From the NCBI GenBank assembly GCA_051941275.1, contig JAVEBF010000032.1:1-43578 (forward strand): a DNA stretch of 43,578 bases, read 5' to 3'. The notes under the pieces are model-generated. The model searched no databases and was not told the origin of the DNA. It worked only from the letters and a program-made list of their open reading frames with translations. Both the position numbers and the translations under genes were made by a program. Position 1 is the stretch's first letter; each line of letters begins with the position of its first letter. This DNA is from Dirinaria sp. TL-2023a (taxonomy: Eukaryota). Below, one piece after another: positions 1 to 12,613 of the stretch.

Positions 1-298
1 GGACGGAGTCAATAGGTGGAGCGGGGAGAGGGGCGGAGGTGTGGAAATGGGCGGGTGAGGACGTGCTGGTCGTGCTGGTGCTGGTAGTGTTGAAGCCTTG
101 CATGAGGCGTTTGGGTGCGGAGCTGGTGGTGGGTTTTGTTAGGTTGGTGGTTTGGAGGCTGGGGGCAAAGGGAGGTTACTGTTCTTTCAAGAGGCGGTGG
201 TAATTGCGGGCTTCGGCGTGATGGGCAAGGGGTGCTTTGGAGAGCGCTGCACGGCTCAACTGGTGGACGGCTCTTGCGCTGGGTTGGGCAGAGGCCAT
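1..298 (-). CDS. 5' part of a fungal hypothetical protein (runs off the window start); intron 123-179
   Basis: ATG at 298. MASAQPSARAVHQLSRAALSKAP...LLKE is followed by a GTAACC...CTAAC...CAG intron, then HSAPKRLMQGFNTTST...HFHTSAPLPAPPIDSV, open to the window edge. Confidence 0.6.
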
Positions 299-1318
299 GA
301 TGATGGGTTCTCGATTGATTGTTGGAAGAGATTGTTCTGGTCTTTGACCGATCAAATCAGGGTCAACTGAGAAGAACTACAGTAATGTAGGCAGAGTAGT
401 AGGTAGGATAGGAGGTAGGTAAATTGGAATGCTAAGCAATTGACCCCTCCTCGAGAAGGGAGAGAAGGGAGACGAGATGTACGAGTGAGTACCTTGGGTA
501 GAGCTTACACTTTTCGAGCTTACTGTACATTTGGCTCTTTCCAGATTACATGTACATTATGTACCTGTACCTCTATCTGGCGCAACCTTGTTTGACCCCG
601 AGCTTATCGAGGCGCATGACCGGTTTGGACGCTGACTTGACGGGGTTAATCCGCACAGCCATTCAGATTTGAGGCTAAACCCAGAACCAAGAAAAGTGGG
701 GCAGCAAAGGTGCTCAACACAATCGGAGGTGACGCCGACTCTTCCCTATCTTCGGGCTCCGCGACCCCGGCTATAGTTGCCCTATCAGAGAGAGTTACGC
801 GTACGCGGGCTTGCGGGATCTGAACTTCTGAAGGAACCTTATGGATTTCCGACTTCCCGTTGGTCCAAGCTTCATCGCTTAAATATTCCGCCGTGTTTCG
901 GGTGTCAAGTGGTCCAAAGGCTGTTGTCATCATGTCATGGCGGTGAAAAAGCGACGGTGATCCTGCTGCAGTCCCCGAACATGATGCCATCACCGACAAC
1001 CGTGTTTGGAGCGCGACAAATCCAGGTATCTGTCATGTGGCCGGGCAATTGGATGTTATTGGTAGAGCAAGAATGATGCGGAGGAACCGGAGTACCGAGT
1101 ACGGAGTCCTGCTGCGTATGTACATGGACATACCTTAGGTACTGTACCTTAGGTAAGGTGTCTGATAAGACGGATCGACTGGGTCTTGTCATGTACTCCG
1201 TACTCTTGTAGCCGAAGACTGCATACGATCTGCAGATCCATGCCTTCGCTCTTCCGAAAACACCCGTGAAACATTCTATCTTTATCTTGCAACCATGGAA
1301 ATGGAAATGGAATTCTGG

Positions 1319-3459
1319 TCAAGACGTGGGAAGAGTGACCTGTTGAACGCCGTCCGTAACTGCGTCCACGGGTTCCCTGCCCACCTCGGCCGGCTTGGCT
1401 CCGCTCGTCGCCGTGGACTCGACACTGTGCTTGCTCGCGTCTTGAGGCTCTCCGTCCGTTTTCGATTTATTAGCCGCCGCTTTCTTTAAAGCTTTCTTCG
1501 CAGCGGCGTCGGCCTTTTTAGCCGCTTTTTTCGCCGCTTCTTCATCTTTCTTCGCACGCTCCGCCTGAGTGCCGCCGAACATATCTCTCCACTCGTCTTC
1601 TTTCTTGGGGTCGATTTGGGTGAAGAGGTATTTCGCTTTGCCGATTCCGTGACCGGGTTTGATGTCGTCGGCCGTCCAATGATCGGGAATGAAAAGAAAG
1701 GGCATCTGCAGTTGCTCAAGGATCGATTTCGATGTCGCTGGCAAGTATGGCTCGAAGACGCTGGCGCAGAGGTAGATGAGATTGATGGCGATGCCAACGA
1801 CGGCAGCGGCTTTTTCAGGCTCATTCGCCGCCAGCTTGTTGTCGAATCGGTTGCTTTGAAGGAAGTTGTTGCCCGCTGCAGCTATGTGCATGGCACTGGT
1901 CAGCCCGTCTCGCAGATCCACTGCTTCCATCTTCTCTAGGTACTGCTTCAGGAATTGGTTGACCTCCGCTTTGACTCCATCAAACATCGGGTCGGAGTGC
2001 AACGCTGTGAAATCCGGGACGGTGGAATTGTAGATCTTGCTGTTGACCAGCTTGATTACGCGGTTGACGAAATTGCCCAAATTAGCCAAGAGTTCCGAAT
2101 TGTTTTGTACGACAAAGTACTTCCATTCGAATTGCGTATCTCCAGTTTCTGGTCTGTTCTTCAAAAGATAATAGCGCCACACATCCGGTGAGACTCCGGT
2201 ATCTTTTGCGCTGGTGCCGAAAACACCGATTCCCCGTGATTTGGAAAACTTCCCATTTTCGTAATTTAAATATTCCGTCGTCGATAGATGATGTAACATG
2301 GTCCATTTTTCATCCGTGCCGATCTGAGATCCAGGAAAGATGACCGAATGGAAGGGAACATTATCTGCAGGCGTGTAAGCGTCTCGCTCATCCGTAGAGG
2401 GCACCATAGCCTCTACCTTTGCCCATGAACTGATACAGCTGGACATTTTCTGGATCTCTCCACCACTTCTCCCAATCTTCAGCGTAATTCGCTGTTATGG
2501 ACACGTACCCAATGCAGGCATCAAACCACACATAGAAGACCTTGTCTTTGTATATTTCCTTATCTCTTTCGTCTGCAAAAACATCCAGAGGTATCGGGGT
2601 ACCCCATTTCAGGTCCCTGGTGATTCCTCTGTCACGGAGGCCCTGTTTCAGCCACGATTCCGTTATGATTTTACCGTTCCTAGACCAAGATCCCTCTTTG
2701 GAAGCCTTCTCAAACCATGCCTCGATTTGGGGCTGCAGTTTGTCCAATTTTAGGTGTATATGCCTTGTGTCACGCACAACAGGTGTCGTATCGGGGTCAA
2801 CTTTGCAACGAGGATTCTTCAGGTCCAAGGGTTCATAGTCTACGGACCCACACGAATCACATTGGTCGCCACGGGCATCATCATAGCCACACTTAGGGCA
2901 GGTACCTTCGATAAAACGGTCGGCAAGGAAAGCTTTGTGCTTTTCGCAATATGGCTGCCGTGAAGTCCTCTCTACGAGACAGTCATTCTCGTAGAGTCGT
3001 CTGAAGATGTTCTGGGTTATTTCCTTCTGTTGCTGGGTGGAGGTCCGGCCAAAAATGTCAAACCCGATCTCAAACCAGTCGTATATCTCGGCGTGTATTT
3101 TGTTGTATTTGTCACATAATTGTCTAGGTGTCACGCCTTCTTCCAAAGCCTTTGTCTCTGTCGCTGTGCCATATTCATCTGTACCACAAACGAAGAGTGT
3201 AGGATAGCCTCGAGCTTTGCAGTATCTAAAGCAATAGTCAGATAGCAGATAGCAAGGGTTCAGCGTAGAGCGACCTCGAGAAGCAATCGGCGGAGAGTAC
3301 TGAGCCCACTATGTTACCCAGGTGTGGAACGTTGTTTACCTACTGGCATTAGACATCGAGCTTCAGCAGCACGAGGAGAACGCTCACATAAGGTAAGGCA
3401 CTGGTGATCAGAATATTTCTTTTACCCTTTTCGGGCAATATTTTGCGCTCTGCTCCCAT
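1319..3459 (-). CDS. MES1: Cytoplasmic methionyl-tRNA synthetase, 4 exons (introns ~3340-3387, ~3226-3274, ~2365-2416)
   Basis: ILITSALPY|VNNVPHLGN (HIGH-type motif), CGTDEYGT, Zn-knuckle CPKC..CDSC, YVWFDACIGY, FMGKDNVPFH, KFSKS (KMSKS-type motif) and an anticodon-binding NNSELLANLGNFVNR. Confidence 0.96.
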
Positions 3460-3831
3460 GACTGAAGGCGCATTGAATCAGCGATCAGCTAGCCTGGAGG
3501 AGCAGCAGGGAATGAGCACTCAATGCAGGCTTTAGATGAATTTCCTATAGCTACATAAGGTACCTTAGGTAGGGAGAGAGAGTTTTGCATGAGTCATGCT
3601 GTTGCTAAAGTGCCCGGTGTTTGCATGCCCGATCTTAGTGTCGACGCCTACCTTACCTTACTCTAGGTACCTACCACCTTAAAGGGACCTTAATCTTATC
3701 ATATCTGTAAGATTCGTATCTTTCGAAACAACGCTAATGCAGTGGGCGAGCCAGAAGCTGGCCACTTCGAAGCTGCACAATGTACAATCACCCATGAAAT
3801 GAGTATATGAACGCCTCTGACCCCGCACATA

Positions 3832-4077
3832 ATGTCATCCGATGCCCAACCAGAAATACCAAAGAGCCCTACCACATGTACGCTGATGCTCTTTTCTCAC
3901 CTCCACAATCCCGCTCTAGTCATATGGATTTTAGCTAATCTGGTCGTTTGTAGCTGCCCCCAAGAATAAAAAGCAGAAAAAGAAGAAAAGCGGAGCCAAG
4001 AGTCGATTGAATGGCGATGAAGCAAAGCCAAATGGTATAAATGCCATGGATGGAGCGGACCACAACGACGGTACGAA

Positions 4078-4109
<32 letters not shown>

Positions 4110-5894
4110 TCGAGCCAGAGACTCCTGTGGTCACGACATATAATGGCGTCGAGGGCCACGAGTCGGGCACGGAGCCAAATGAACCATTGAACAATGGCAT
4201 CGATACAGGAATGATGCAGCTGGCTCTTTCTGAAGCAGCGGACGACCGTACCATCGAAGAATCTACCAAGGCTAGCCCAGCCAGTAACACAGCGCCAACG
4301 TCAAATCTGCAACAAAATGGTGCTACAAGCAAGTCAGTTATCTATGAGGCTTCAGCCAAAGATACCGATGTCAGGCTGGAAGCATTGGCGAAAGAGCGCG
4401 AAGCCTTACGCGACGAAGTGGCTGAGCTTCGAAAGTCGCTGGAGCGTTTGCAGGGAAAGCACGATGAAGAGATCACTGACATGAGAGGGCAGCTAGAAGA
4501 GACCCAGGGTGAGAAGGAGCATGCAGAGACCCAGTATCGTACGCTGCTTGGGAAAGTCAACACCATCAAGTCACAGCTTGGTGAGCGGTTGAAGGCAGAT
4601 GCCGTATGCGTTTATCCACTACGGCAGTATAGTCTCGTACTTATAAAGCAATAGGAAGATCTCGCTCAAACGAGGGGCCGAATCGACGAGTTAGAAGGGC
4701 AGTGCGAGACTCTACAGGAACAGAACGAAGCCCGCACAGCCGAGCTATCCGCAATGGCCGCAGAAGGCGAGCAACGGTCAAAAGAACTGTCGTCTCTTCG
4801 AAATCGGACCACTCTGTCGCAGCAGAATTGGTCAAGGGAAAGAGAAGACCTTGTACAAAGGGAAGCATATGCAAAGGAGGAGTTCGAGGCTGCCAAGCAA
4901 GCCATGCAGGATTGGGAGGTTTTGGCGATGGAGGAAAGATCCGTCCGAGAAAATCTGGCTGAGAAAGTTGCCGATCTTGAAGAACAGGTTTTGAGTCATC
5001 GGCAAGCTCACGACAAGGCGGCGTCGGAGCGAGACAGCCAGACTATTACAGTAGATGGCTTGCAAAGGGCTCTCCAAGAGATTCAAGAAGGTCTGTCACC
5101 TTCGAAAAGTTGTCGAGATTAGCTAATTGTGAACAGAGCGGCGGCGTGAACTTCGCGAAGTAGTTGAGAACTCGCAGAAACAAGTCGAAGACCTTCAAAA
5201 GCAACTGAAGGACTTTGAGGCTCAGAGTAGTGAAGCGACGACAGCACTGGAAACCACAAAGCGAGAACTCGAGCGAGCGCTGCCATTTGAAAAGGAAGTC
5301 AAGGAGAAGAATCTACTGATTGGCAAACTTCGGCACGAGGCTGTGATATTGAATGACCATCTCACCAAAGCGCTGAGATACCTGAAAAAGGGCAAGCCTG
5401 ACGAGAACATCGACAAGTGAGCATCTCCCATCTGTGTGACAGTAGCTTTTCCTAAGTGATTGCCGCAGGCAGCTTATCAGTAACCATTTCCTTCACTTCC
5501 TCGCGCTCGACCGTGCAGATCCCAAGAAGTTCCAAATACTGCAGATTATTGCAGCTCTGCTAGCTTGGTCAGATGGTATGGACTCCAAATCCCACGGCTG
5601 ATGGGCTTCATTCTGACATTTACAGACCAACGCGAGCAGGCAGGCCTCGCTCGTCCTGGAGCCTCGAATCCCAGTCTCAGGGTGCCGCTGTCTCCGTGGC
5701 ATCGAACACCGAGCACGCCTGCATTATCCACGGACTTCTTCCCCGAGAGCAGCAGCAGAAAGGAGTCACTTGCCGAGCTTTGGTCGGACTTCCTGGAGCA
5801 GGAAGCCCAAGAAGGCGTCAGATCTCCGAAACCATCAGACAGTGCCAAATCACCCAAATCGCCGAATACCCCAAGCGGATCGAAGCCACCATGA
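3832..5894 (+). CDS. RUD3: Golgin coiled-coil protein with C-terminal GRAB domain (Rud3/GMAP-210-like), multi-exon
   Basis: Long heptad-rich exons (4007-4654 and 4754-5122 ORFs). The spliced C-terminus reads KLRHEAVILNDHLTKALRYLKK...NIDK|QLISNHFLHFLALDRADPKKFQILQIIAALLAWSD|DQREQAGLARPG. GT..AG introns carry CTAAT/CTGAC branch sites. Confidence 0.82.
4081..4117 (+). repeat. Hexanucleotide tandem repeat (GAGCCC)n encoding EPEPEPEPELEPE
   Basis: Directly visible: cgagcccgagcccgagcccgagcccgagctcgagcc. Confidence 0.9.
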
Positions 5895-6396
5895 ACGCAT
5901 TCGAAACCGTAACCACACATCTACTGCTACTCATTTAAAGCACATTACCTTTTGTCAGCGGATCCAAGAGCGGCGGCATATTTTGCATCGGCGCTGGAAT
6001 GTCGCATTTACTAGCAACTCATCATCTTTTCCAAGGAGGTTCTAGAGGTAAAGAATTTGATAAGATATCATGGACAGTCGTGCATCGACGAGGTCTCCGG
6101 ATTTCTGGAGCTAGATTATTAGGTAATCAATATACGTGTACGATACCCTTTTGTACGAGTACGCGATGGTGTATCAAATCTGTCAAATGGACCCTGAACC
6201 TCACCACCCCCACGTCCCTGCAAGCTGCAGCTACAGTACATAATTCTGAACAGAGTCTCTGAGCTCCTTGAGATTTCCCTCTTTCACCCCCCATCTTATG
6301 CTTTTGTATAGAACAATCGCTTTCCATCGCTGCATTCATGCTCCGCACTTGGCTCAGAACCTCTTGAAACCCTCATCAATCGCTCATTTCATCGCA

Positions 6397-7280
6397 ATGG
6401 CTCCCACCGGTACCACCACCCTTCCCCCCTCCTCTCCTTCGCAAAGAATCATTCATTCACAGCTCAGCACAAAAAGCTAACACAACGGTCCTAGAAGCAA
6501 CGCAAAAACACCGCCCGATCGTAATCTCCGGTCCGTCCGGCTCAGGCAAATCCACCATCCTCAAGCGCCTCTTCGCAGACCACCCGAATACCTTTGGTTT
6601 CTCCGTTTCCCGTCCGTCAGAGCTTCCCCCCCTCCCTTACTCTCTTCAATTCCCCCATAAATCTCCTCTGACCAGCAGGAAACCTTACAGACACGACGCG
6701 CGCACCCCGGCCCGGCGAGCAAGACGGCCGCGAATACAATTTCACCACGAAAGAGGAATTCCTCGCGCTGGTGGAGCGGAAGGGATTCATTGAACACGCG
6801 CAGTTCGGGGGCAATCACTACGGCACCAGCGTCAAGGCCGTCGAGGACGTGGCCGAGAAAGGCAGTATTTGTATTCTGGATATCGAGATGGAGGTATATT
6901 GATTTCTTGGCTCTTTCTATCTAATTTCTCTCTCTACCCCTTCTTCCCCCCCCAACCTTTCCTCTCCGCTCAGCCCTGTCTTATAAGGGAAGGCTGAATC
7001 CGGTTCCATACAGGGAGTCAAACAAGTCAAACGCACGCATCTCAACGCCCGCTTCCTATTCCTGTCCCCGCCTTCCGTCGAAATTCTGGAGAAGAGATTG
7101 AGGGGGCGAGGCACCGATAGTGAAGACGCGATCCAGAAGCGCCTGAAGCAGGCCGATGCCGAGATGTCGTTTGCGAAGGAAGAGGGCGTACATGATAAGA
7201 TCGTGGTGAATGATGAGTTGGAGAAGGCGTACAGGGAGGTGGAGGAGTGGGTTATTGATGGTGGGCGGTATGGCAGCTGA
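6397..7280 (+). CDS. GUK1: Guanylate kinase, 4 exons
   Basis: [16 protein letters not shown]-loop, [70 protein letters not shown]. Confidence 0.95.
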
Positions 7281-7332
7281 GGAAAGAGAAGGGGAGGAAA
7301 ACTATTTGGGGGAACGGGGGGAGAAATACCGA

Positions 7333-7355
7333 AAAAAAAAAAAAAAAAAAAAAAA
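7333..7355 (+). repeat. Poly(A) tract of about 23 nt between the convergent GUK1 and septin genes
   Basis: Directly visible. Confidence 0.9.
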
Positions 7356-7673
7356 TTAAAGGAAAAAAGGCAGCTGCAACTGGATATAGAGGCATAGAGA
7401 TACCAGCATTCGTAGCATGCAAGCAAGCACATGTCGGGCATTTTCCCGGGGCATAGCAGATCCCTAATTGGGATCACCAGGAAGGCGTGCGAAAGGCATA
7501 TGACACGCACTCGAATATATATGGTTTCACTGATGATGTGAGAATTGACGCACGCTGTAAAGCTACCCATAATAGAGCTCACTTTTGAAAGAACACCAGG
7601 TATTATCCGGAAGAAAGTCCGCTCCTTCGTAACGCTCTTCCAATCTACTCCATGATCGGTCGGGGAAGACAAA

Positions 7674-8916
7674 CTAGTATCCGTTCATGGTCATCCTTTG
7701 CGATTGTCTGCTCAACTCCCTTTCAGCCGAAGGACTGATCGGCCGGCTCCCAGCATGTCCGCCAGCGCTGCTGTTCTCCTTCAGTGCCAGCAGCTGCTTG
7801 GCACGGAAGGTCTCGTAGTGAATCTGGCTCGTCGTCTCGATCAGGTCCTGCAGATGTGTCCTCGTCAGGAAATTCCGCAGCGAGACGAACTCGCAATGGT
7901 TCTCGTCCTCCACATTGATCACCCCCCACCGGTTCTGCCGGCCGCGTACAGATCGGCCGTTGACAACAATGGAGTTCTCTGACCCCACCACCGCGAAGGG
8001 GATCAAGTCTTTGATGTTGCTGTTCATGGCCCGCTCCTCCTCGTCTTGCTCCTCGTTGTCGTATGGATACATGCGAAGGTTGTGGAAGGCGAACTCCTCC
8101 TTGATGCGCTCTTTGAAGGCTTGGCGTTCTTCGAGGGTCAACGAGTCGGATTTGGCGATCACAGGGACCACATTGACAACGTCGGAGAGCTTCTTGAGGA
8201 CGACAATGTCGATGGGTTTGAGTCTGAAGATTGTCAGCAAGGGTTCCAGGGAAGAGCTAAAGGGGCGCATACGCATGGCCAGATGGCTGAATGAAGAAAA
8301 GACAGCAGTGAACGCGGGTATCTTGAATATAACGGTCTCTCTGCGCTGTGAGCTCTTTCCTCAAGTACGCCGAGTGCTGATCCTTGATGTATTTGACGAT
8401 TGGGTCCCAGCTAAGTATCATTAGCAACAATGGGTATTTTTGACAATTGATTGCTGTTACCATCTATCATTATTAACCTGGTCTCCATAGCCTGGAGTGT
8501 CCACAATATTGAGCCGTAAGCGCACGCCGCTTTCCTCAATCACTGCAATGTTCTTCAGTACCTGTCCGCCCAGTGAGGACTACTCTTTCTTACCGTGGGA
8601 CACCGCTTGTATCTCGGTCGTTGAGCGCACAGGGTCGTTGGGTGTAAGACGTCCCTTGGAATCTATCAAGTGGGATGCGAAGATCGTATTGATTAATGTC
8701 GATTTCCCCAGGCCGGTCTGACCTAGAAGAGGTTCAGCATTCAGCACCACGTGAGGTCAGCGCAATCTATTAGCACGTACCAACGCAGATCACATTGAAT
8801 TGAAACCCTCGTTTCAAGAGCTTGCGTTCAATCTGGCTCGTGATGCTGTCAAAGCCGACATGGCTCTTGGGCATCACAGGACTTTGTTGTGTAGACATGA
8901 CGTGTGGGGTCGCCAT
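7674..8916 (-). CDS. CDC10: Septin, Cdc10/AspD group, 5 exons
   Basis: [84 protein letters not shown]. There is no C-terminal coiled coil, as expected for Cdc10. Confidence 0.93.
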
Positions 8917-9259
8917 AGCGTCGCTGTCGTTGAAAGGATATGGTCAATTGAGGATTTGCAGTGAATACCCACCCACGAAATTTTTCAAGCCAGCACGAAG
9001 TTGACACTTCAGTGCGCTGTCTTCAGGAGCAGAAGAGGCTCGAGAGCTTCACGCCAAAGTTTGGAAAAGGGGCTAGCGTGGACTGGGGGAAGCAACGACG
9101 GGAGCCCGCTAGACTGGTCGCCCAATCAATTCACGCGGTTCCAAGACCTTTTGGTGGCAGCAGCTCTTGGCTCTTGGCTACGCAAGGTTCAGAATCGTCC
9201 GAGCAATATACCTACCTTACTGTACTCACTTCAATATTCTGTCTCACTGGAAATTTGGC

Positions 9260-9723
9260 ATGATGAGCAGTATGGCAATGCATCGAGCACTGAAATTTAC
9301 AAACATCCTGGGTCCATCCCTTCTTCCCCCTATCCAAATCATACAGCAATCCCCGACCGCAGCCCTACTCACTAGACCGCTTGTCGCTTCCACACTTTTC
9401 CAACTGCCCGCCGTGATTCCTCAAGCAATACAGTCCAGCATCTCGTCCATATTATCGAATATCTGGGATTCAATACTGCGGGCAGTACCCAAAAAGAGAA
9501 CATCATATCGAAAGAAACGTCAGAGGTTCTTAGCGGGCAAGGCACTGAAAGATGTTAAGGACTTGAATACATGTTCTGCTTGCGGGACCGTCAAGAGGGC
9601 GCATCTGCTGTGCCCGTTCTGTGTTTCACGTACGCAGCGGCGACGGTGCATTTTCTGGGGCATGGCTGACCGAGGACAGATGTACAAGCCCAATGGGGGA
9701 AGAATAGCACGGCTAAGGCGTAA
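9260..9723 (+). CDS. MRPL32: Mitochondrial ribosomal protein bL32m; intron ~9630-9679
   Basis: WDSILRAVPKKRTSYRKKRQR...CSACGTVKRAHLLCPFC zinc ribbon after a long presequence. The start could be ATG 9260 or 9272. Confidence 0.9.
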
Positions 9724-10269
9724 TCAATGATTATCGTCCTGTTAAGCTCCCTCTGCATAGCGCTGGGAATCGGGGCATGGCGACGGCGTACGTGTTGGCT
9801 GGGTTGGAAGCTCTTTCGGGAGGCGGGCTATAGTGCTTGATCAAGAGATCTTACTTGGGGGCCCCTAGACTTACTGATTAGCGCTGCAAAGGAAGTTCGG
9901 TCTGTTTCGTGAATCACATTGGTGTTATGAGAACTCTTAGTGTGTTTTCAGAGGATCTTATGCATCAAGCAGGAATTTCAATTTCGCAGTATAAGTTGGC
10001 GACTTGGGAATGTCAGGCTGCGGGCCTTTCACATGAACTTTTCCAATTTCAGTGTCAACAAACACAGACTACCACGTTCAGAAATTTCGTTAAAAATTTC
10101 CCAATGTGCAGCATTTTTGAACCATAACCTGATATCCTTTAATAAACTTGTAGATCAATGGGCTTCCGTGCAGTAGGCCAATCTGCGTGTAATATTTGAG
10201 ACTATCATATGAAGCTTTATTTGGAACTTCAAGCAAGCAACTCAAACTCAGAACCTTACCGCAGCTGTT

Positions 10270-11532
10270 ATGGTATGTTGCGGATCTCATTTCCACTGTA
10301 TCGAGGAACGCTCGCTCATTTTCGTAGTCGAAGCAATATCTGACTACACATACCATCGACAAGGGTACGTTCTGTGCGTGGAGCAAAACATCAATATAGT
10401 CTACTGAGTCTGTGAAGCGCACATTACAGATATTTTCGCGCTCGCCGTGACATCAAATCAAATCCTCTCAGCATCCGGATCATCTGCAATCAGGATTTAC
10501 TCCACAACTGAACCCGACTTCCCGCTTGCACAAGTCCTTGAAAAGGCGCACAAATTAGGATGCCATCATCTGGTGACGAGCAAGAATGGCCAAGTTGCCG
10601 CAAGCGTGGGCTTTGGCGGTGAAGTAAATGTATGGGGTATCAAGGATGGCCAGTGGGTGGCAGAAGGGATGATTGTGGGTGCGATTCTCTTCTCTACGAG
10701 CATGCTCTTACTTCCTTAGCCAAGGTTTTGATGTTTTTCTAGATGGCAATAAAGCCGGAGAGGTGTGGGCAATAGCGCTATCGGAAGATGGGCAGTACCT
10801 TGCAAGCACGTCTTTTGATGGCCGGGTCAATGTCTGGGACAATGTCGCCGGCCGGGCTAAAATCAGAGAGTTCGAAACGAAAGGTAGCTTTGGCATGGCA
10901 ATCGATCTTGTGGGTTCATACGATTTTTTTTGTGCCCTATCGAGCTAATACAGAGCGCAGTCAGTGGACGGGAGGTTCACGGCTTCGGGTCACGAGAACG
11001 GCAGCGTCTACATATTCAACAACGATACAGGCCGCCTGCTGCATTCATTACCGGGTTCGGGACACGACCCCTGGAATATATCAAAGTCCGCTAATAGACA
11101 GTAGGCCTTGTGAAGCCTGTCCGAGCCGTAGCCTTTTCTCCAGCCGGCAAGCTTTTAGCTGCCACTGGTGACTCAAGAGTGATTGCGCTTTACGATGTCT
11201 CTTCAGGGGAGCAGATAGCGAACTTGATGGGCCATGGGGCGTGGATGTTCTCCCTGGATTGGAGCCATACTGGCGAATATCTATTAAGCGGGTACTTGCT
11301 TCAACTTCGTCATGACTTTATCTCTGACATCAAAGCTGACCTTGTAAGGGCATTCGATGGCAAGGCTAAAGTATGGTCTGTCGACCAGCGCACATGCGTG
11401 GCAACGCATAAAGAAACCGAAAAGACCCTGTGGAGCGTGCGATGGCTACCGAAAGTCGGGAGGAACGAGGGTTTCGCAACTGCTGGGGCCAACCAAAGTA
11501 TATCATTCTATCGAGAAGCAACGGGCGGCTAG
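10270..11532 (+). CDS. SKI8: WD40 protein Ski8/Rec14, 7 exons; the first coding exon is only ATG
   Basis: ATG|gtatgt...tag|SKQYLTTHTIDK|AHITDIFALAVT..., KAHKLGCHHLVTS, FETKGSFGMAIDL, VRAVAFSPAGKLLAA, ending in SISFYREATGG. Confidence 0.9.
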
Positions 11533-12613
11533 AAATCGGACTTCCACCAGTAGCAATGACCACAGCACAGCACTCAGCATACTTAGAGCGTAGCCTCGTA
11601 GGCCAATCTGGATGCCAGGATCTGCTCTCGGCTTGTTTTCCACTTGATAATCGATGCAATCTAACTACTATAATGTAGTTGTGACATGTATCATCATTTG
11701 AAGGGGTTCTTTATCATCAATGATTCAAGATTTACAAATCTCTGACGGCAGCAACTCAGTCTTACTTCTCCTTTCGTCTACCCTTCTGTCTACACGGTGA
11801 AAGCTCAAGTCTTAAGGAATGAGATTCCCTTCAAATGCTAAGCTTATCAAAAGTTATCTGAGGCAATAAACAATGGCCAGAAACTACCCGCAGGTAGTTC
11901 TTACATCAGAATATCATAATCGACTTACACTGTATCGCGCACATTGCCTCGCCGCATCGACACAGTTGTCCCTTCGTGACACACCAAAGCCTGGTCAATA
12001 GCTGTACCTCCTTGGATGAATATCAAATCTTTGGGATTCTTGACGACTGTTCTTGACAGATTCGAAGAGGCAAGAACTATCTCTTTCTCCCGCCTCATAT
12101 CCTCCTCCTAGGAGGAATCCCGCACTTCCAAGTAAATCGATTCACGGGCGATGAATAATGCAAAATTGAAGTGACGCGCACGAAGAAGAAGATCGCGGGA
12201 TCTATACCACTGTATTCAAGCTAACGTTGGTATACAGGGGCCGGCAGGCCGTACACGTTGGCAGCAAAGAAGAAACCATCGGAAACGGAGGGTAAGGAAG
12301 CTCAGATGCAATTAAAGGGGGCCCCAGGCATTGCAAAATTCGTGTTGAACACCTTACACATTCGGAGCGGTTGCATTGCACAAAACCCAGGCTTACAAAG
12401 CAGTGAAAAAACGAGGTGTATGATGGGCAGCTCCGCAAAAACTGATGTGATCAGATCCGCTTGAGCTCGTTGTCTGTCTCATCAGGTAGCTGCAAATCAG
12501 ATCCGTGACACAATTTAGAATCCTTCGCTTCCCGACACTATTGCTTGCGCTCGAAGACTTGGGTAGTAAATCCCAAAATCTGTATAAAACCCAACATCGG
12601 ATAAAGGGAAAGG

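Noticed and set aside
646..1192. Overlapping short ORFs between the first gene and MES1
   Set aside because: No recognisable domain or consistent exon structure.
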